Shown: piece after piece, positions 41,201 to 51,006 of the stretch | Layout of the letters: the number at the start of each line of letters is the position of its first letter | Position numbering within the stretch: the stretch's first letter is position 1 | DNA from: Paraspadella gotoi | Lineage: Eukaryota; Animalia; Chaetognatha | Length of the DNA: 64,000 nt | Direction: 5' to 3' | Assembly (NCBI GenBank): GCA_051294375.1 | Contig: CM119263.1 | Span: 14,586,414-14,650,413, forward strand | Made by a program: the position numbers and the translations under genes | The notes under the pieces: model-generated | Databases searched by the model: none | Seen by the model: only the letters and a program-made list of their open reading frames with translations | What the model was told of the DNA's origin: nothing

Positions 41201-44200
41201 GCCTTTGAATGTCGCGTGACGCGTTCCTGATGAAGGACAAGTTCAGCAGCTCGTACGTGATGCACGTCCACCTCGGCGCGCTTGAAACGCGGCTCATGTA
41301 GATGGAGCTAAAATTTAAAAGGTGGGAAAATTTATTGATTTCAATTTAAGCTATTGCTTTAATAGTAGGAGCTCCCAGCTTCCGACGTTCAAGCAAGACA
41401 ATTCGAATAAAAACAAAAAGCGATTCGTTAAAATTAAAGATATTCTAGTAACGGTAAGACGGGAACCAACCGGACGCTATGAGGTGTGTGTATTTGTCCA
41501 TGGGCATTGTATTTCGAAAACAAGAACGGTAACTTCAATGTTTTACGCCGCAGTAACTCTCTTTTACGCGTATTTCGGGGTTATCACGTGACAACAGTGA
41601 CAAGTCAAGCAGTAGCAGTCACAGTGTTAATGAGCATTCGACAATCACTGCATCGGAGCAACAACAAAAGAGGAACCAAATGTTATACAAAATATGCTAC
41701 ATTTATTTTACTTATTTATTTATTTATTTTATTTTACTGTAGTTCAACAAGGTAACGTAATTTCACAAGTACAAAACATGTACAAAAAGCATTTATTGAT
41801 ATCTTATTAGTCTGCTAATATTAACTAAAATAACTTAATACTTAGTGAATTATACCGCATTTAATAACTGGTAATGTGATTATATTATTATATCATCGCA
41901 GGAAATGCATTGATCAAGTAGCTTGTTGTGCTTGTCTCGCTTGTCTTTTCTTCTCTCTTGATCAATCAAAGAGGTGGCTTTCCTCACGGAATCGACGGGA
42001 GAGAGACGAGAGAAGAAACGAGGAAGTCTTCAACTTACCCTCAAATAACTAACATCAAAAATTCCAAAGTACATGAACAATTTACTTTGTATTTTGAACC
42101 ATCGTTTTAATCATCAATTATTCTTATCTCTATGGTGGACTAAAATCCGTCAACCGTTCATCAACGGCCATTGGTGCAGAAGGCAAGTCATTCGCCTCCC
42201 AACCCAAAGGTCCGGGGTTCTAGCCCGGTGGTCGCCTAGCTGTTAAGAGGGACGGGGCGCTTAACCCGCCTGTAACACGGTGTAATAGCCTGATCAGAAG
42301 CTGAGGGACTGCTTATATTGAATGGTTCTGTCATTAACACATAACAATGATTACTGTCTTTTCATCTCCTCCTTTATCTGTGTAAATAAAACTCCTCTAA
42401 AATATTCATAATAAACCAGGCCGACTTCCTCCGTTGTGATGGCAGCTTTGGGATTCGGAGACACGCCTCCAAAGAGACTTGTGATATTTTTAAACAATCA
42501 TGAGACTGCACAAGTATGATACATCTACACCAAGATCTTATGGTCCCATACCTTCCTACCAAATATGAACTTAATAAATGAAATATTATTAACCTTAATA
42601 ACGTAAATGGGATAGAACGACGGACAGACATATACCGACCGACCGCCACCCAAGTATCTTATAGAGTTGATCCGCGACTACACGCTGCGTAACTTAAAAT
42701 TTTCGCCTCTAAATCACGCTACTCGTAGAATGAGAAAGAAGAAGAGAATGCAAAAAAACCCAAAAAAAGCAGAAAATGGGCTCGCATTTTTGCAAATTTC
42801 CAATGTGCCTTGTTTACCTTCAAGTCCAATTCGCTGTTTAGCTCTTCTATCTTGGAAGCCACAATCGTGTTCGACCTTTCAATGGCTTCCGTGGGCCAGT
42901 TGTCGAGATGATCCAAAAATCCTTGCCTTAATCTAAAATAAAGTATTTCGGAGCCGTAACCTCTCTAATTCTTAATACCTAGGGGTGAAGTGAAAATTGC
43001 ACAAACGGATAATAAACAAGGCAAACTCACCTTTTTCTCAAATCCTCGTATTCGTTAGTCGTGATGATGACGTTGTCTAGTACGTGTGACGCTATCTCGA
43101 TTGCCGCCGCAACGTCAGGACTCAAGTCTGGCGCCTCGTCCTCTTCTTCAGACACCTTCTCGTCCACGAGAGTGGCACCGTCGCCCTCCGCTTCCTTTTA
43201 TATTAAACGAATGCAACAATTGAGGTGACGCGAAGGGTGTAGGCGAAAAAAAACAAAGCATTTACCTTAGCGCTTGATTTTGAACCGACTTTCGATGCGG
43301 AAGCGGCGACGGTGCTACTTCTCCTGAAATAGGTGAAACCCTGCCGGTTAAATAACCTCGACGAATAGAATACTACTGCAGAAAGTCCGATTTGGGTCAC
43401 CTGGAATCGACGCTGGCGCCAGGAGTTTTCGATGTTCGCGATCCCGTTTCGGACACTTCTCTCTTTGGAGCCTCTCCCAAAATGTAGAACAAATGACCTT
43501 GAAAAAAATGGAGGAAGAGAAATAATAGCATTAAAAGAGATTTCCATTTGGCCATCACCATTTTACCAAACTACCTTTGGCAGTCGTAATGGTTTCCAAA
43601 ATAATATGTTCCAACATAAGTTCGGATCGGTCCAGGGTGCCGAGCGGATTCGTTTCCGCAGTGCCATCTGGACTTTCTAAAGAACAGTCAGGAAAAATTT
43701 ACTAGACGATCATAAAAACTCCTTAAATCTAGTAAGCGGCTATTGTACCTTGAGGGGCAGCGGCGGCAATCTCCGCATCGCGTTTTTCCTGTGCGATCTC
43801 CAATGGGCTCTTTCGGCTGAGCCCGAAAAAAGAAGTCACGTCCCCTTCGTACTTGTCCAGTTCCTTCTGGCAGGCGGCCGGGTAAGCTTGCACGAGTTCC
43901 ATTTGGCCAATGTGAAAGGTTTCGTAACTGTGGAGTAGATTCAATAGTCAACGCGAATAACCTCTCATATAAGTTCCCCCAATTTCAGCAAGGGATTTCC
44001 CACCATTCTTTAATCTTCTCGAGGATAGAACAGACAATTTTGAGGTTTTCAGTAAGCGCCGCCTCGGTCGCCTCCTGTCGCAAACGGTCCAACTGCTGGT
44101 CCAGATGCGCCTCCTTATCTTGGTTAGCGCCTTCGTGCTCTTTTCGCGTACTTTCGAGCTTTTCCACGAGCTGGCGTTCGGCGCGAGTGAGCGCCACCTC

Positions 44201-46868
44201 GTGATTGTCCCAAGCGTTGGCCGTTCCTTGCGCGTAGGAAAACAATTCCTTGATCTCATTTTCCTGAAAAACGCGCCAGGGAACAATTGCTTCATGCTTA
44301 ATGAAATACAACAGTTTCCCATTACTAGTTTTTCCGTTTTTAAGCGTCTACCTGTGCCGCGACGTGTTCTTCAAACTTCTTGTCCATATCTTCTAGCACC
44401 TTTTCCAGCGCCTTCTGTTTCTCCCCAATAACCGGAAGTAGTTCTTCCTCGACTGTTGTTCGCATAGCATCCTCGTCAGTGATGCCCATAGCGCGCCAGG
44501 AAGCTTCAATGCGAGCCACTTCTTCCAAACATTTTTGGCATACCTGCGAGGAAGAATACATGTAATTATTATTATGTGGTTTATGGTTTTCTAGGTTATG
44601 TTACGACATTAACATTCTTACCTTTTCATATTCCTTATGTAGTTCTTGTAAGTACTTCTGATTCAAGATGTCCATTTCCTTATTTAATGAGAGCAACGTT
44701 TCATGCCAATCGTAGATCTTTTGTTTAGTCGTGTTAGGTGGACGGAATGTGATTAGTTCGTTCATGACGGCCATCTATAGTAAGACAAAATGACAATAAC
44801 GGAGTTGTCTAAAAAAGCTGAAAAGATTTTACATATAAAATCTTTATCACATAGTAGTAATAAGATAATATACAAAATATAACCAGGTCCAACCTGCTTA
44901 GCTCTGTGTTCCCTCTGATCCTCAAACATCCTACTCAAGACCTCAGCGACTCCGGGCGGATTGACGATGTCATCCGCTGCCACGAACTCGGCAAATTCGG
45001 CAACCGACGCAGCCATTTTAGCGCGGCGCCAATCCTCCATCCGCTTTTGCCAAAGGCGGTGTTGGTATTTCTCACGCTACGCGGTAAATGAAGTAATTTT
45101 TATCCAATGATTGCAAAAGCCAAAAAGGGAATAATATTTTATTAATACTTCTATGTCAGCCGTCATGAGCCTCGAGTAGAGGTCTGCATAGGCGCGTTTG
45201 TTGTTGACGACTGTTCCGTTAATTATCTGCGACTCTTGGTCCAGAATGCGGCTGACATCGTCGGGCATCAAGTGGGCGATTCCTTGCAGGATTCCACTGA
45301 AGTTGGTGAAAATATCGCGAATCTTGGCGATACGCTCCGTTTCTAGTCTGTTGACATGGTTTGGGACGGGTATGGAATACTATGGATGAAATATGAAACA
45401 TCACAAATATATTTTTACTCACTTTTGAAGCATGGCGTCGAGCTTTTCTATGGCTTGGCGCCGGATTTCCGATTGCTTCTCGACCTCTTCCCTGAAAAAA
45501 AAAGTATGTATTAAATTATACATCTTCGATATATAATCTTCCCATCCTAGACTAACTTTAAAGATTGATTTAAAACTCCTCCTTTTCCATTAACTTGTTT
45601 AACTTTTTAACTTTTTTAAACTTTTTTAAACCATTCAATAAAAAGAAAGAAAGATTCGAAGTCTTTTTTCTCTTACCAAACTTGAAGGATGTCACTAAGC
45701 TGCAGTGACATAAGTTCTTCGTCGTCGTCGATTCGCACGAGAAACCCTTCGATTAAATGGTCATTTTCAGTTAAAAACGACATCAGGTCTTCACCGGCTG
45801 TGGTAACTTGTGGCTCCACCTCCTACGGTAAAAAAGGGAAAACGTCTTAAAACTATTACAGTTACTGATATGACTGATTTTTACCATAACGATAAAGTTC
45901 GCCACGAAGTTTTGTAAACACTGAACAGTGAACACTGATCAATAGTAAGGAAATAAAATAAGATAATGGCGGTCAGAAAAAGTTTACAATATCGTATACT
46001 AACGGCGCTAATAGCAGCGAGGTCCTGCCGCATGTCTTCGACGGCGGCCTCGTGACGCTCCTTGCGACTGGCGGCGATCTTGGCGCTGATTCCGTCGCCG
46101 GCACCGGCGTCCGGGATCGGGGGCAAGGCGTCCGGCAACCCGCGAACACGTCGTCGCTCCTCGGACGAGGTTGCCGTCGCCAACACCTCTTCCGACTTGA
46201 GGGAGCGCTTGTAAAGAATAGGGTTTTCTGGAGTAGGAGGATTATAGATTATTCAAATGGAGTTCATTGTAAATAAAATATGTAAGTAACCTGTGACGCC
46301 ATCGTTGGGAAGAGCGTTCATCCATGATTTCTGTCGTTCGGTAAGAAACGCTCCGAGATTGTTTTGTATCAGTGGAATTTGGCCGGTCGAGCCGGAGTTG
46401 TTGGCTAAAAGAGAAAAACGTGCGAGTACCCGGCCCAAGAATCGTTTTAATTACTTTAGATGGGCGTACCATTAAAGAAGTTCCTGTTGGCTCCACATTC
46501 GCTTAGCTTTGAGTTTTCTCTGCTGACTCTGTCCTCTTGGGTCTTGTGAAGAGCCTTTACCAACTGTACCTCGGCATCGAAAATTTGCTTGTAGACTTGC
46601 CCACTTGGCACCACGTGTACAGTAGCCGCAGATTTCTTAATAATGATAATACTGTAAATCATTCGGTTAATGTCGTAAATGGCCGCAAAATTTTAATAGT
46701 GCAGCACGTTGGACAAATCCTTGTCCTACTCAATTAATTACTTACTTAATTACTAATTTAAATGAGAATTACCCGGATTTTAAGAGGACGCAACTTCGTA
46801 GGATTTTTCTTTAATTTTCTAGCTTGGTTTCCAGCATCAGTTGCTTTTATTGTATTTGTGTTTATCAT
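12308..46868 (-). CDS. CCDC180: Coiled-coil domain-containing protein 180 (DUF4455/DUF4456), many exons
   Basis: N-terminal VPSGQVYKQIFDAEVQLVKAL and TERQKSWMNALPND; NNKRAYADLYSRLM; DRVAYLNCL; KIDRKYLLFG; LLATADAFYRQKG; RPNLGHP; C-terminal AARDKAYE, RRWNRSWAQSVMQIQKLY; start ATG 46868 inferred. Confidence 0.88.
13729..13775 (-). ncRNA. Minimal type I hammerhead ribozyme (Penelope-like), intact core
   Basis: Minus strand CUGAUGA-A-GGCUUG/CAAGUC-GAAAC-AUGUC with short stem I AAAC/GUUU. Confidence 0.7.
13834..13843. other. Assembly gap
   Basis: 10 N. Confidence 1.
14241..14807. mobile_element. MITE, TIR AGGCGTAGT flanked by TA
   Basis: TAAGGCGTAGT...ACTACGCCTTA; close inverted copy at 39139-39716. 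Confidence 0.85.
15560..15745 (-). mobile_element. Degenerate tRNA-derived SINE
   Basis: Minus strand TAGCTTGG (A-box-like) and GGGTTCAATTC (B-box). Confidence 0.4.
17495..21849 (+). CDS. Nested antisense gene: type-I membrane protein with signal peptide, CUB-like Cys domain, Ser/Thr-rich stalk, one TM helix, PDZ-ligand-like end
   Basis: LSWLRILLLIQTVKTFGA signal; exon CELRFTT..LSLSVEEMFFPC..NYLQF..RWCGK; 283-aa S/T/N-rich ORF with TM LVFILITVCVVAAILATIFLFLGCLRRRQK; ends GCSYV*; GT-AG flanked exons, some junctions unresolved. Confidence 0.75.
21200..21392 (-). mobile_element. tRNA-derived SINE (5'-truncated copy)
   Basis: Reverse complement nearly identical to 42185-42365. Confidence 0.8.
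25925..26503. mobile_element. Long-palindromic MITE, probable Tc1/mariner class
   Basis: ~285-bp inverted arms starting CATGGTGACAATTTTACAAGCGC, TA on both sides. Confidence 0.88.
26556..26565. other. Assembly gap with duplicated flanks
   Basis: 10 N; ATACAAGAGATTACTAACCT on both sides. Confidence 1.
29588..30712 (-). pseudogene. DIRS tyrosine recombinase (frameshifted)
   Basis: CPIAL, LFLFCAPSPPFTP, GSTRA, GVDLGVILEGGDWS then xFY motifs split between frames. Confidence 0.75.
30719..32470 (-). pseudogene. DIRS pol: reverse transcriptase, RNase H, Dam-like methyltransferase (frameshifted)
   Basis: FYSRFFLVPKKDGGWRPILNLKRLN, DLRDAY, LPFG, YIDDIL; TTDA..HINVKE; FGTPSIDLFAT, GVDAL, FPPP. Confidence 0.9.
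33631..33710 (-). repeat. DIRS internal complementary region (copy of the circle junction)
   Basis: 33631-33681 complementary to 29351-29403; 33678-33710 complementary to 34564-34595; overlap GATT/AATC. Confidence 0.92.
34985..35030 (-). ncRNA. Minimal type I hammerhead ribozyme (Penelope-like), intact core
   Basis: Minus strand CUGAUGA-A-GACUCUA/UAGAGUC-GAAAC-AUGUC. Confidence 0.7.
36972..37255 (+). repeat. Dispersed repeat, second copy at ~61772-62040 (internal part of a HINE-like family)
   Basis: ACTTAAGGGAGTGGTCTTTTCATACAATTG...TTGGTTGTAC direct match; flanked by GTCGGTCCGTC motifs. Confidence 0.85.
37560..38760 (-). mobile_element. HINE-like family B copy lacking the TIR insertion at its 5' end
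   Basis: Same terminal hairpin at 38726-38757 and body matching 7143-7900 inverted. Confidence 0.75.
39139..39716. mobile_element. MITE, same family as 14241-14807
   Basis: TAAGGCGTAGT...ACTACGCCTTA ends and body identity. Confidence 0.85.
42167..42365 (+). mobile_element. tRNA-derived SINE
   Basis: A-box-like TGGTGCAGAAGG, B-box-like GGTTCTAGCC, tRNA-Gly-like ATTCGCCTCCCA; second copy at 21.2-21.4 kb. Confidence 0.8.
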
Positions 46869-47137
46869 GATTTATTGCGTACATGTCTTGCTTTTAATTT
46901 AACAGGAGCTACATACAAAATTTACGGCGGCTTCGTAAATAATCATTGTATAACGGCATTATAATTGTTTAATGCCACATCCAATGTCGCTAATATTTTC
47001 CGAACAGAAGTGTTTGCGTTTCTTAGTAACTAACGACTCATCTATCCTTGGATTTCGAAAAAAAAAAACAAAAGACAATTTGATGAAGAGAAACACCCTC
47101 TATGTCGACTCTATGACGACTGGAAACCTTAACCTTA

Positions 47138-47177
<40 letters not shown>

Positions 47178-47532
47178 GTATATAGAAATCTTTCTACGCA
47201 AAAATAAAAAAAAGACACTGGTAAGGGAAAAAAAACCTTTTTATTACAAATACCTAACCACCCCTAACCCTAACCACCCCTAATCCCTAACCAACCTTAA
47301 CCCAATTAAAAAAATATAACACAAAAATATTTATTTTTTGTTTACGTACGAATTTTATTAAGAAACATAAATTTCGGACATTTTTTGGCTTCAATGTAAA
47401 CCTTCATCAGCGCAAAAACGAATTGATTTGTAAAAAAAATATTTTCATAGACATTGTGAAAAGTTTGAAAACTTTGAAGAGGGAAAAAGAGAGAAAGAGT
47501 CAGTAAAAATATTTGTTTCACAAATCAATTCA

Positions 47533-47580
47533 TTTTTGCACTGATGAAGGCTTACATTGAAGCTGAAACATGTCCAAAAT
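47533..47580 (+). ncRNA. Minimal type I hammerhead ribozyme, intact core
   Basis: UUUUG..CUGAUGA-A-GGCUU/AAGCU-GAAAC-AUGUC^CAAAA; predicted cleavage after C47574. Confidence 0.72.
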
Positions 47581-47962
47581 TTGTTTCTTTATAAAACTCG
47601 TACATAAACAAACAATTCATTTTTTACCTGAAACAAAAAAATAGCAATTAAAATAAACTTTAAAAAATTATTATTTATTATAAAATTTGTATTACTTAAC
47701 AAAAAAATACGACGTTACGTTATTTGTTTGAGGTAGAAAATGAAGTTAGTTTACATACGAGTTTTATTAGGAAATAAATTTTGGACATGTTTCGGCTTCA
47801 ATATAAGCCTTCATCTGCTCAAAAACGAATTTATTTGTGAAACAAATATTTTCACAAACTTTGAAGTTTGATGATAAAGTAAGAATTTGTGAAAAAGTTT
47901 CACAAATAAATTCGTTTTTACGCTGATGAAAGCTTACATTGAAATGTCCAAAATTTATGTTT

Positions 47963-48136
47963 TGTGGCGACGAAGGTTTCGTCGCCACGGGGTTGACCCC
48001 AACTGGTCACTTTATCGTATGGTCGCGAGAGAAGCCGGTTATTAACTCTCTCTCTTCCTTAAACAGGGCCGCGCTCTCTTAGTCTCATCTCAATATCATG
48101 TAACCTGTCAATAAACATGTAGCATGTACCCTTACA
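47963..48136 (+). mobile_element. Solo LTR (174 bp)
   Basis: TG...CA ends, GTTT duplicated on both sides, AATAAA near 48110, interrupts a palindrome arm. Confidence 0.8.
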
Positions 48137-48360
48137 GTTTCTTAATAAAATTCGTTTTCCGTAAATAATTCATTTCCTACCTCAAATTTAAAATAGCAAT
48201 TAAAATAATTTAAAATAATTATTATTAATTATAAAATTATTATTAATTAATTAATATGACTGCGTAAAATGAGACGATACAAAAGGAAAAACAAAATTAA
48301 AATTTAAATGGAATAAACAAGGTTGCTTGCGGTCGTCGAATAGTAAAGTTATCCGAAAAG

Positions 48361-49106
48361 ATGACTAAAGCCGCAGGTTTACGAGAGGCTTCGGAATTTT
48401 ATGAAAAGCTGTAGAATTTAGAGGTTTCAAGTCGACCTAAATAAACTCGCCTTACGGAATTTTGCACTACTCGTACAACTTAGATATTGAAACTTTTAAA
48501 AGATTTCCTAAACACTTTGAACTACTAAATAATTATTGGATCAGCATTTTAATTTTATACCTTTCAATTCTGGTAATGGCTTAACGGGTTACTAGGTACA
48601 AGGCGGTTAAGACACCCATGGAATACGAACGAATAGGTTCCGAACTGTTCAGCACCCAATAATGTTCAAAAGATCATTGCAGCATTTGCTAATTTTCATG
48701 GTTGTATGACAATGGCGGAAATCTCCCTGCGAATCGCAAAACACGGATGGGTTTGTGCGTTAGCCAAGAAGGCCTCCAACGACTTACCAGAAGGAACTAG
48801 GTTACTCATATTCAATGAGGTCAAGGTTAGAAAATTAAAATAAATCGACAATAATTAACAAAATAACTAAATTGAGCGGATTTTACAGTTTTAACCAAAA
48901 TTAAGAGGTCGTTTAGCTGATAAAATTCATTTTTCCTACTTTAAATTATTAAAATTAAAAAAATGAGGAATTAAGAACAAATTTTATAATGCAGGTCTCA
49001 TATGATTTTTTTCTTACAGGAAGTTAGTAAAAAGTACGCATGTAACAACGGTTTTCTGTTAAAAAGGTTCGGCCGGTTAATCTGCAATGTCATAAATTTA
49101 AGTTAA
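48361..49106 (+). CDS. Predicted 126-aa orphan protein, probably secreted or membrane-anchored, 4 exons
   Basis: Exons 48361-48376, 48484-48572, 48637-48825, 49020-49106 with GT-AG introns in matching phase; hydrophobic YWISILILYLSILV segment. Confidence 0.55.
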
Positions 49107-51006
49107 TTCTTTAAAAATGTAATATTTACTAACTGTACTTAGACCATTTTCATTGAAATATTATGAATATAGCTGTCATAAAAATAGCCTAAACTCAAGT
49201 GGACATACATTTACACGGATTTCAAATGGGAGTGAAATGAAAGGATCAAATACTGTGGCTAGACTATTTGTTATAGAAAAATCGCTGACGTTTTTTATTT
49301 TCCAACTCCCTGCTTGCTTCCCGAAGTCCCGTGATTGATTTGCCGTCTCATGTCGACGGAGTTGCTTGACTTTGCCCACTGATCTCTTTTTTATTTTCCT
49401 TTTTTGTTTAAGTTTATCGTTAACATAAGATCTTCTTGCAACCATTCCCGCAATTATTTGTTTGCTCTGTTTTCTTTCAGAAAAAAAACAAAAAACTCCG
49501 TGTTACAGCTTGCTTACTTTCTTAGTTATATGCTCATCAATAGTATGGTCGAATTTCAAAAAAGGAAATTTTTTGCATTTGAATAGGACCTTCCTGTTAT
49601 AAGATATATTTTTATGAACAAAAATGAAATGTTTGAAAATTTTGCAATCAGAATGTCAAAAATTTTTTCACAGCCATAATGACAGCCCTTCCAATTTTAT
49701 AGTTTTTTCTCGTTAAAACTTATAGAAAATAACAATTTTAGCTTTGAAAAAAAAAGGAAAATAACATTCATCTGGCAAGCACCTATTACCTCACTAAACC
49801 TTGAAATTTATTAATGATAATTTCTTTTCATGCTCCTAAGACATTGTACTAACTAATTAATATCAAAGAAATTATAATATTCGCCTCATTTTTTTCACAA
49901 TGAGTTTAAAATTGAATTATCAAATAAGAGGGGAAAAATTCTGCAAAAAAAGCTGCTGGAAAGCAAGCGCACCAGTTGTTATATAGGAACATATACGTCA
50001 GGGAATTTTCTAACGAATGAAATGATCAAATATCAATCATATTGAGTCAGTTAAGAGTAATAACAAATATTTTCATTTCACTCCGATTTGAAATCCGTGT
50101 ATATAAAATAGCTACATTAATTTTTTTTTCGTTTTGAAGTATCACGTCACTTAGCATGACAGAAAACCTTCCAACAATGAGACTGAGATTGTTTAAACAG
50201 TTCAATTTCAAGATAACAAACACGTGGAGGTGCTAAATTAATTCCCAAAAGGAAACTTGAATCAAAATAAAATAGATTTCCAAAAACAAATAAAAACCTT
50301 AACATTTTTCAAAAAAATATTTTAACACAATAACCAATACCAATAATGGATTTCTTTAATGCCGTTTTCATTAAAATTTGAATTTTGTTGGCTAGCCCTA
50401 CCTTAACGCTATAGAAAATTTGTCATTATATAGCACTTTTAATAGTTTTATGTAGCACTCTCGAAACTCGACTAATAAAATGGTAATTAACTTGGCACCC
50501 TTGTAAATTAAAGTTATAAACAAGGGAGCATGGAAAACAATGGTGCACTATAGTAACAGGATGCAATAGAATAAGTTTCTAATACTACAAGACATAACAT
50601 GACAATGACTAGATGCTGGGGTTTCAAATTCTTTTTAACAAAAATAAAAATTATAAAGTATTAAAGAAATAACATAAAAGTTACCAAATAACTAAAATCA
50701 GTAGTCTATAGATAACAACAAAGTCCAGAGTCAGAAATACTTTTTAAACTTCCGACTTCGTAAACCTACGGTAAAATAATTTGAGAGTAACAAAAGTAAC
50801 TCTCCGTAATCATCTTAGAAAAAATATTAAATTAGAAAGTACTGTTTCAGATGCTCAGTAAAAATGAGATCATGGATGTGTAAAAGAAAATAATAAACGA
50901 GAATTTTGTAATAAAAAAATGTAACATAAAAAGTTATAAATCACTTCGCGAAAAAACTAAAACGCATAAAACAAAAGACCCACAGCGCCCTCTTCAAAAC
51001 GAAAAA

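Larger units (their letters stand above)
47340..48190. repeat. Tandem pair of palindromic units, each arm carrying a minimal hammerhead motif
   Basis: Inverted arms 47340-47450/47500-47610 and 47725-47860/47885-48186; motifs at 47376-47412(-), 47533-47580(+), 47783-47820(-), 47920-47950(+). Confidence 0.85.

Noticed and set aside
47250-47310. CCCTAA-like repeats (also 4520-4550)
   Set aside because: Degenerate and internal to a repeat family; not a telomere
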